From Chiloscyllium plagiosum (lineage: Eukaryota), in the NCBI RefSeq assembly GCF_004010195.1, contig NC_057720.1, positions 23,993,236 through 24,057,235 on the forward strand: a stretch of DNA of 64,000 nt, given 5' to 3'. The number at the start of each line of letters is the position of its first letter. The stretch's first letter is position 1. Position numbers and translations under genes: made by a program. Positions 50,527-60,379 of the stretch are shown here, piece after piece. The notes beneath the pieces are model-generated. The model searched no databases, was not told where the DNA came from, and saw only the letters and a list, made by a program, of their open reading frames with translations.

Positions 50527-52390
50527 TAGATTAGATTCCCTACAGCGTGGAAACAGGCCCTTTGGCCGAACAAGTCCACACTAACCCTCCAAAGAGTAAC
50601 CCACCCACCCACCTCTGACTAATGCACCTAATGACTATGGACAATTTAGCATGGCTAATTCACCTGGCTTGCATATCTTTGGAACATGGGAGGAAACCCA
50701 CAGATACAGGGAGAATGTGCAGACTCCACACAGACAGTCACCCAGGGCTGGAATCAAACATGGGAGATGGAAATGTGTTGCTGGAGAAGCGCAGCAGGTC
50801 AGGCAGCATCTAGGGAACAGGAGAATCGACGTTTCGGGCATTAGCCCTTCTTCAGGAATGAGGAAAGTTTGTCCAGCAGGCTAAGATAAAAGATAGGGAG
50901 GAGGGACTTGGGGGAGGGGCGTCAGAAATGTGATAGGTGGAAAGAGGNNNNNNNNNNNNNNNNNNNNNNNNNNNNNNNNNNNNNNNNNNNNNNNNNNNNN
51001 NNNNNNNNNNNNNNNNNNNNNNNNNNNNNNNNNNNNNNNNNNNNNNNNNNNNNNNNNNNNNNNNNNNNNNNNNNNNNNNNNNNNNNNNNNNNNNNNNNNN
51101 NNNNNNNNNNNNNNNNNNNNNNNNNNNNNNNNNNNNNNNNNNNNNNNNNNNNNNNNNNNNNNNNNNNNNNNNNNNNNNNNNNNNNNNNNNNNNNNNNNNN
51201 NNNNNNNNNNNNNNNNNNNNNNNNNNNNNNNNNNNNNNNNNNNNNNNNNNNNNNNNNNNNNNNNNNNNNNNNNNNNNNNNNNNNNNNNNNNNNNNNNNNN
51301 NNNNNNNNNNNNNNNNNNNNNNNNNNNNNNNNNNNNNNNNNNNNNNNNNNNNNNNNNNNNNNNNNNNNNNNNNNNNNNNNNNNNNNNNNNNNNNNNNNNN
51401 NNNNNNNNNNNNNNNNNNNNNNNNNNNNNNNNNNNNNNNNNNNNNNNNNNNNNNNNNNNNNNNNNNNNNNNNNNNNNNNNNNNNNNNNNNNNNNNNNNNN
51501 NNNNNNNNNNNNNNNNNNNNNNNNNNNNNNNNNNNNNNNNNNNNNNNNNNNNNNNNNNNNNNNNNNNNNNNNNNNNNNNNNNNNNNNNNNNNNNNNNNNN
51601 NNNNNNNNNNNNNNNNNNNNNNNNNNNNNNNNNNNNNNNNNNNNNNNNNNNNNNNNNNNNNNNNNNNNNNNNNNNNNNNNNNNNNNNNNNNNNNNNNNNN
51701 NNNNNNNNNNNNNNNNNNNNNNNNNNNNNNNNNNNNNNNNNNNNNNNNNNNNNNNNNNNNNNNNNNNNNNNNNNNNNNNNNNNNNNNNNNNNNNNNNNNN
51801 NNNNNNNNACAGTCATCGATGTCGCGGAGGAAAAGGTGGGGGGTGGGGCCAGTGTAGTTGCGAAAGATGGACTGATCCACATATCTTACGAAGAGGCAGG
51901 CATAGCTGGGGCCCATGCGGGTGCCCATGGCTACTCCTTTTGTTTGGAGGAAGTGGGAGGATTGGAAAGAGAAGTTGTTCAGGGTGAGGACCAGTTCAGT
52001 CAGTCGAAGGAGGGTGTCAGTGGAAGGGTACTGGTCGGTATGGCGGGAAAGGAAGAAGCGGAGGGCTTTGAGTCCTTCGTGATGGTGGATGGAGGTGTAC
52101 AGGGACTGGATGTCCATGGTGAAAATAAGGCGTTGGTGACCGGGGAAGCGAAAATCATGGAGCAGGTGGAGGGCATGGGTGGTGTCCCGAACGTAGGTGG
52201 GGAGTACTTGGACTAAGGGGGACAGGACGGTGTCAAGGTAGGCGGAGATGAGTTCGGTGGGGCAGGAGCAGGCGGAGACAATGGGTCGGCCGGGGCAGTC
52301 AGGTTTGTGGATTTTGAAGAAGCAATCAAACATGGGACCCTGGTGCTATGAGGCAGCAGTGCTAACCACTGATCCACCATGCCACCACTG
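50527..52390 (-). mobile_element. V-SINE split by a Penelope-like insertion
   Basis: SINE tail and V-domain at 50527-50765, tRNA head at 52338-52390. Confidence 0.8.
50766..52323 (-). mobile_element. 5'-truncated Penelope-like retroelement with RT (partly in a gap)
   Basis: KIHKPDCPGRPIVSACSCPT...FTMDIQSLYTSI...QTKGVAMGTRMGPSYACLF...FLRDIDD. Pseudo-LTR with hammerhead at 50828-50855. 14-bp TSD AATCAAACATGGGA (50752-50765, 52324-52337). Confidence 0.93.
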
Positions 52391-54380
52391 TGAATTAGCA
52401 ATAATTCATCAAAGTTTAAGACTTCATATCTAGATGAACATTTTGGGAAGGACCCCATTATATTAGATGCCTGCCACTTTCCTACTGCACCAAAATTTTC
52501 TTAGACATTGGCAAAGGTGCATTCTGTGTTTGACCCCACTGCAAGAGGAACAACAGCAAAAAAGGTGACATACATTGCCTCCTACAATTCTTGCCCATTC
52601 CATCCGTGTTATGCCCAGGTTAATATATACTTATTGACTAGGACTCCATCCAGATAGAAGAAGGGCTCACAATAGTTTGAAAGGTCTGTTTTCTTCCTGC
52701 AGTTCCCTGCAAATTGACCAAGTCCCTTTCTAGGAAATGGAACCAGGGTTTGTTTTTCAGCAACAACCTTATTCTTTTTTTAGCCCCTTTGGTATTTCAC
52801 CCAGGGTTGGCCCTACATGATAAAGTATCCTTCCTCTGACGGAACATATATGGGTATTATGCCAGCATAAGCATTCACATTGGCCCATTTTATTTATATG
52901 TAAAAGTCTCTGATTCCAGGGAATCAGACACCTAAAAAGTAATAGTCAGGGCAGACCTACAAGTTCTTGGGCTTTTTATTTGTTGCAGAACACACACTGT
53001 AGGTAGGAAGGAATACTAAGCTGACCAGCTAAGTAATCGGTAATGAAGTTGGTAGATTCGGAACATTTTATTAATTCCTTTGTTCATAATGTCATATGAA
53101 CCAATATTAAAATGAGTCAAAACTTGAGAGCAAACCTAATTGTGTTATCTACACTGGTCAAAATTTGAAGTCTGTTACAAAAGCATGTTGTGAAGCATAT
53201 ACTGCAATGGTACTCAAGGATTGTTAGAACTTAATATATTTACATCTCTTATTTAGATGTAGCACACATTTCTTATGTTCTGCTCACCAACATCTTTAAA
53301 ACATTTTGGATTTGCTTGCAATGTTCATACAATTTCCATTATGTACAGAATTCCATTCCTTCGCTCTTAGTAGGAGAATTAACATATAGGGCAGACATTA
53401 CATATTTGGGTGCATTCTAGCTTATTAATAAATGAGTAATAACATTACGTTATGGATGTCTAGTTCAAAACAGACAAGCTTTTCCTATTAGTGACTCTTA
53501 AAAGTCAAGCAAAGTTTTATTCTGCACGGTTTTGAAATTATTTGGTCCACAACCCATTTTGTTCTGACATTACATTTTCGACCTGGTAGTGTGTAATGAG
53601 ACAGAGTTAATTAATGACATCATAGTAAAGTAGCCTCTAGATAACTGTGGTCATAACATGATTGCATTTCACATTCAGTTTAAGTTGGGAAACATGAGTC
53701 TGAGATTGGTGGTTTAAGTTTAAATAAAGACAATTAAAGGTTTATGAAGACAAAGTTGAATAAAGTGGACTGGGAAAATAGGCTAAAAGATAGGATGAAC
53801 AGAAACGATGACAGATATTTAAGGAGATATTTCATCATTCTCAACAAAGGTATTATTTTATGCTGAAAGAAAGACTCTATGAGGCTAGCATGCAGGTACA
53901 GCAAGTGATAAGGAAGGCAAGTAGAATCACATGTTAGTGGAATGGAATATAAAAATAGGGAAACGTTACTACATTGTTAGAGAAGCTTAATGAGAACATA
54001 TTAGGATTAAAAGCATAGGAACAGGAGTAAATCATTCAGTTGAGGCTGTGCACCAATCAATACAATTGTGGCTACATGAGTACTTCAATGCCTTTTACCC
54101 ACCCTATCCCATTGCCAATAGAATGCAGAATTATCAGAAATCAACCAATCTCTATCTTACCATTATCAAAGACTGAGCTTCTACAAGCCTCTACTGTAGA
54201 GAATTCCGAAGATTCACAACCCACTGATAAAAAAATTCTCATCTCAAATCTAAGTAGCATCTCTTTATTTTTGAGTGCAACTACCATTCTATTCCTTCAA
54301 GTATTTTGTAAATTTCAATGAAATGGAACTCATGGGATGTGAGGGTCACTGGCCGGGCCAGCATTTATAGAAGAAAAAAG

Positions 54381-54660
54381 GGGCGGCATGGTGTCTCAGT
54401 GGTTAGCACTGCTGCCTCACAGCGCCAGGCACCTAGGTTCAATTCTAGCCTAGGCAATTGTCTGTATGGAGTTAGAACATTATCCCTGTGTCAGCATGGG
54501 TTTCCACTGGGTGCTCCGGTTTCCTCCCACACTCCAATGATTGTACATGATAGGTGCATTGACCAAGGTAATTTTGGGGTTGCAGGGCTAGCTCTTGGAG
54601 AGTCAGCGAAGACTTGATGGACCAATTGGCCTCCTTCTGCACTGTACAAATTGTATGATT
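54381..54660 (+). mobile_element. V-SINE, diverged
   Basis: tRNA head and V-domain. Confidence 0.8.
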
Positions 54661-55449
54661 CCAGGAGATCACCTCTCCTTCTTCAAATCTCTAGAGAATA
54701 CTGGCCTAGTTTTCTTAATCTCTCTTCAAAGGACAATCCCACCATCCCAGGAACAAGCTGGATGAAACTTTGTTGTACTCCTTGCATGGGCAAGCTTTCC
54801 TCAGATAAGGTGACCAAAACTGCACAAAGTACTCTAGATTATCTGACTAAGCTCATATACAATTGAAGCAAGATTTCACGCCTCCTAAGCTCAGATCCTT
54901 TTGCAATAGAGGCTAACATTCCATTAGTCTTCCTAACAGCTTGCTGCACCTGTAAGTTAGCCTTCTGCATTTTATCAATGAGGACCCACTGTAACCTCTC
55001 CACCTCATCCAATTTGTGCCTTATGCCATCACAATTTACCTTATTCAACTTTGACACTCTTGCTTCAGATAAACTACCTCACTTTCAAATACAATGTAAA
55101 TTTTTATTATATTGTGGTCACTCGACCCTCAAGGCTCTTTTACAACATGATGGTTAATTAGCTCTTTTTCGGTACATAATCCTAGGTCTAAAGTAGAATG
55201 CTCTCTATTTGGCTCTTCAACACGCTGTGCTGGAAAACCATCTGTAACACACTCAAGAAGCCCATTGTCCACAGCTTTAGTGCTCAGTTGGTTTAGTGCT
55301 CAGATTGAATCACCCATGATTACTGCTTAGCCTTTGCTACATGTTTTTCTCATCTCTTGATTAATGCCATGTTCCACACCACCATTATAACTATAAATAA
55401 CTCCAATGTCTGCTGCTGCTTGTTGCTTTTTAGCTCTACCAGGATTCCA

Positions 55450-55650
55450 GAAGAAAGTGAGGACTGCAGATCACAGTTAAAAGTGTGGTGCTGGAAAAGC
55501 ACAGCAGGTCAGGCAGCATCCGAGGAGCAGGAGAATCAAAGTTTCAGGCATAAGATTCCTGGTGAAGGGCTTATGCCTGAAACTTAGATTCTCCTGCTCC
55601 TCAGATGCTGCCTAACCTGCTGTGCTTTTCCAGCACCACATTCTCAACTC
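55450..55650. mobile_element. Palindromic Penelope-end mini-element, older copy
   Basis: GTGTGGTGCTGGAAAAGCACAGCAGG ... CCTGCTGTGCTTTTCCAGCACCACA inverted arms with central degenerate hammerheads. Confidence 0.8.
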
Positions 55651-55849
55651 CAATCAGATTCCACGCATAGTTCTTCAGAACAGAGATCCCCCTTCTTAAT
55701 GAACATATACCCATCTCTTATTATGACTACATCACCTCATGATTTCCTTCTTTTCTGTCTTTTCTGAATGTCAAATATCTTTGAATATTCATTTCCCATG
55801 GTCATGATGCACCCATGTTTCTGTAATGGCAATTAGATCATACCCTTTC

Positions 55850-56505
55850 ATAGAGTCATAGAATCATGGAGGTGTACAGCATGGATGTCCAATCCGTTCA
55901 TGGCATCCAGATATCCCAACCTAATCTAGTCCCACTTGCCAGAACCTGGTCCATATCCTTCCAAACCCTTCCTATTCATATATCCATCCAGATGCCTTTT
56001 AAATGTTGCAATTGTAGCAGCCTCTACCACTTCCTCTGGCAGCTCATTCCATACACATACCACCCTCTGCGTGAAAAAGTTGCCCCTTAGGTCTCTTTTA
56101 TGTCTTTCCCCTCTCTAAACCTATGCCCTCTAGTTCTGGACTCCCACACCCCAGAGAAAAGACTTTGTCTATTTATCCTATCCATACCCTTCTATAAGGT
56201 CACCCCTCAGCCTACACCACTCCAGGGAAAACAGCCCCAGCCTATTCAACCCATAGCTCAAATCCTCCAACCCTGGCAACATCCTTGTAAACCTTTTCTG
56301 AACCCTTTCAAGTTTCACAATATCTATCCGATAGGAAGGAAACCAGAATTGCACGCAATAATCCAACAGCGGCCTAACCAATGTCCTGTACAGCCACAAC
56401 ATGACCTCCCAAATCCTGTTCTCAATTATCTGACCAATAGAGGAAAGCATACCAAACGCCTTCTTCACTATCCTATCTAACTGCAACTGTACTTTCAAGG
56501 AGCTA
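55850..56505 (-). mobile_element. CR1 3' fragment
   Basis: ORF 56178..56522 has LYRTLVRPLLDYCVQFW...LERVQKRFTRMLPGL. Confidence 0.85.
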
Positions 56506-57616
56506 TTTAAAGGGATAGACATAGTAGCTGCAGTGAAAAATAAGGGAATGCTATATACCTTGTTGCAAATGTTGCCTGTAATCAGTCAGGGAACCTTTTG
56601 ACATTTTGACATCATTCTGCTTTTCGTTGCATATTTGATGTACATGCATTAAAATGTACATGACAATTTTTTCAAAGCCTTGCATTTGTATTCTTGTGCT
56701 GTCAGGCAAAACAAAGTTGTGTTCTGCATAAAAGGAGGTATATTTACCATAGTGGGTCAGTTAGCTGGACAGCTGGTGAATAATGCCAAGAGTATGGGTT
56801 CAATTTATGGCAAGGTTAATATGAAAGACTCTCCATTTCAACCTCTCCTCTCGCTTATGGTGACCCTCAGTTTAAACCCTCAGTTTAAACCACCACTCAC
56901 TGTCTCTTTCTAATGAGAGGGAAGCCCTAAGGCCTGCTAAGATTATAGCAACTTCATCTTATATTCCCATACCAATCTCCCCATCATTGGTCAATGAATG
57001 TTGAGAGATATGGAGCAATTCATCATGAGTCAATTTACTTTTTTTAAAAAAGGTGATCTATAATTACAGTGGCAATAATAAACACTTAAGCATTAATCAC
57101 CAGTGGCACTGAGAACTAAATATTTTTCCATTTAATCTTCACAAGCCACGAGGTTAGCTATTAGAATAGTGGTGGTCCTGTATACGTTGATTACGTGTTA
57201 ATTTCAAATTGACCAACTCTATTTACTGCACTGAATGTAAATCAACAGAGACATGATGTATCAACTATCTATGTTTTTAATGCAGCCCATGATTTAATTA
57301 TTCCGTATTTTGTGTATGACCACTTCTTTGGCTTTCCAATAAATGTTCTACAACGGAAAAATGGATTGTAACAGCTGTTGTTGCGGGTTGTGACATGCCT
57401 TCAGAAAATACCTGCAATACCTTTTAAAATCTGTGAGAACAGGATTTATGAATAGTTTAATGTCAAACACCTGCTGCTTTCATTAAATGAATTAAAATGT
57501 CACAGAGCAGATTTTGCAAAGACAGTCAGTGAACTTTAATATTATGTAGCCACGCTTGAGGAAATGAATGTGCAAAAACACGCTAGTTGTTCTTTAGTGG
57601 ATTTACTTTGAATGAA

Positions 57617-58233
57617 TAGTTGTGGGATTAGAACTCAATCCCCCTGCAAATTATGATCTGTTTCTAGGTGCAAAGAGGAACTCCCAGGAATCCATTAGTT
57701 CAGCACCATTAGCTAAGGATTTAAACTACAATGGAAGTGCACCATTATCTCAAACTGAATATGTGACTAAAATAAGAAAAACAATTTATACCACAACAGA
57801 AATTCAGATGAGCTAATGTTGTGTGCAAATTGTATTTATTTTAGTTGCCACAGAGCAAAATGTTTTGCCCTTTTGAGGATTTCACTTACCTTTACACAAT
57901 CAAATCAATAATATGTTGCATTAGGATTCTTTAGGATTTTGCGACACATTTAAACATTTTTCCTTTTTTTTCTAACTACTTAACTATATTTAAAATATTC
58001 TTTTTAAGGTTATATAAGAAATCTGAGAAACCTCCTGAACTGAAAGGAATAAACACACTGGCTGTTTTCCCTTGAGTGTCTCCAGCTTTATTATTTGTAT
58101 TTTGGGATTAATAAGGTGAAATGTAGAAATATTCTTGAATCACTTCCTTCAAATACACCCTCCTGGGAGTTCCTCTTTGCACCTAGAAACAGATCATAAT
58201 TTGCAGGGGGATTGAGTTCTAATCCCACAACTA
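57617..58233. repeat. Perfect 73-bp inverted repeat (57617-57689 and 58161-58233) with a 471-bp spacer
   Basis: Base-by-base comparison shows an exact reverse complement. About 18 bp of imperfect pairing extends outward. Confidence 0.95.
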
Positions 58234-58884
58234 ATTCCCTCAAAAAAAATCCAAGATGACCTATTAACAATAAATGAATAGTTTAAAAAATAAACCTCTT
58301 GAATTGGCTTTAAAGTTGTGAATAAATATCCAAAATAATCATCTATATTAATGAGTGAGTATCAAATAATATGACAAATAAAGATTAGTCAATTTGTATT
58401 TTATTCAAGTTGATCACAAAACTAATTATAACCTTCAGCTGTAAAGCCCAAGCAGCTGGCCAGACAAATATTTAACTTTACTTCTTTCTAGTCGACTTAA
58501 AATGAAGATTTCAATTATACCTTTACAGACATTGTATATAACTATAACTGATTACATCTTTAACCCAATGAACACAATGTGAATTGAAAAGCTTGATAAT
58601 TCAAAAATATTTTCTGCAATAAGAACTTAGAATATTTCTTAGTATTTTCTTGCCTTCAACAAGAATTCTAACTTCTCTAATCTTTTACATATAATATTTC
58701 TGTGCTGTTAATGCATGCCAGCTTTCAGGCTTTTCACAACTAACAATGTGCATAAGATGTCAACGCGATGTTGTGGTATGTATCTTTCTTTCTACTGAAT
58801 TTAGTCTTAACATTTTGTGAACTGTGAAAATTTTCTATAAATGTAAGTAACTATATTCATCTTTGTTGTTCCCTCAATCAACAG

Positions 58885-58931
58885 CCTTAAGATCTAAAAT
58901 GACCAGGCTAGGTAAAAAGGTGATGATGTGA
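58885..58931 (+). CDS. PALMD: Palmdelphin terminal exon 8 (A-LRSKMTRLGKKVMM*)
   Basis: Acceptor ccctcaatcaacAG, phase 1, matching the exon 7 donor. The translation aligns with the recalled mammalian end ALRMRMAKLGKKVI. Confidence 0.92.
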
Positions 58932-59221
58932 AGTGGAGGCTTCGATCCAACAGTAACTTGACCACTAATTCTACTAGAACATTGGGAAGTAACGTGACCT
59001 GTTAAATACAGGTTGAAATTACCGTCTAATTCATCTATGACTCAACTACAGAATTCAAACAATATGTTGTATCCATTGCATTTGTATAACCTATTATTTA
59101 CCTCAATTTAATTGAGTTATCCAATTATTTGTACTCTATATTGCTTGTGGAAAACAGTATTAGGCTCAAATAACTGTTGCAAGCTTGTTGTAAAAAGGGA
59201 CATGAAGCTAATTCACCAACA

Positions 59222-59550
59222 AAGTGGCTCAGTGGTTGGCATTGCTGCCTCACAGTTCCAGGATTCTCGGTTTGATTCCACCCTTGGGCACTTTGTGGAA
59301 TTTATACACTTTCCCCATATCTGCGTGGGGTTCCTCCGAGTGCTCTGATTTCCTTCCAAAGTATGCAGGCTAAGCTAAATTGCTCATAGTGTCCAGGGAT
59401 GTGTAGGTTAGGTGGATTGCCATGCAAAATGGAGGGCAAAAGGTTGTGATGGGGGGATGGTTCTGGATGGGATACTCTTTGGATTGTTAGTGTGGACTTG
59501 GCGGACCAAATGATCTGCTTCCATACTGTAGGGATTCTATGATTCTATGA
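59222..59550 (+). mobile_element. V-SINE in the presumptive PALMD 3' UTR
   Basis: GTGGCTCAGTGG head, diverged V-domain, (ATTCTATG)n tail. Confidence 0.78.
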
Positions 59551-59663
59551 CATGCATCAGCAATATTAAAGTTCTGCACTACCAACTGACTATTGCAAAA
59601 TGGAATTAGTTTTAGTTTTGAAACTGATTTTCACATACATTTTTAGTTTGAAAGATTGTGAGT

Positions 59664-60008
59664 AATAAAGTTCTTTTGCCAAAACTATTTGTGCTGTGAT
59701 TTTGTTTCAAACTCATATGTAAAATAATTGGAGACCTTTTTCACATAAACAATATTTTCCAGAAAATACATTGAGCCTTATGGTAACGAAATATATTCCC
59801 TTTTGGAGGTACACAACAAGTCAATAATTGACTTTTTACTTGATTTTCTTACTAATACAGTTGCTTTAAACTTCGACACTTCAATGAGCAGTATACGATA
59901 TGGCCTACTTCATATCTGATGGGAGAATAAAATTTGCAGCCTGCAATAAATAAATATCTTGATGTTGAGATCAGAACTGGATAGCCTCACAGAAATAAAT
60001 GAAATAAA
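59664..60008 (+). promoter_or_regulatory. Cluster of candidate polyadenylation signals for the exon 8 transcript
   Basis: AATAAA at 59664, 59926, 59945, 59994 and 60003, downstream of the exon 8 stop. The site actually used is unknown. Confidence 0.5.
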
Positions 60009-60379
60009 CTAAGTTTGTTTTCATTAATTCATGGGATGCTGATGCTCCTGGCCAGATCAGTAGCTATTGCCCATCCCTAAATGTCCAGAGGGCACTTACG
60101 TGTCGGAAACCTCATGTAGCACAGTAGATTTCCCTCCCTGAAGGGCATTAGTGAACCAGATGTGTTGGTAATGTGAACAAGAGTGGAAAGAGAGTCACCA
60201 TTTGGCAAATTCCAGATTTAAATTTCACTACTGTTATGTGAGGATTTAACCCACATCACCAGGGTACTAGATTCAGCCTTTGGACTACTAGCCCAGGGAC
60301 AATGGTCATTGGCCACCACCTGTCCTTCAGTACAGGAAGCCTTAATATTTCTTTGTCACTTTATTCTCAATTTCCCAGT

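Noticed and set aside
23961..52216. Long ORFs made mostly of X
   Set aside because: Artefacts of translating through N gaps.
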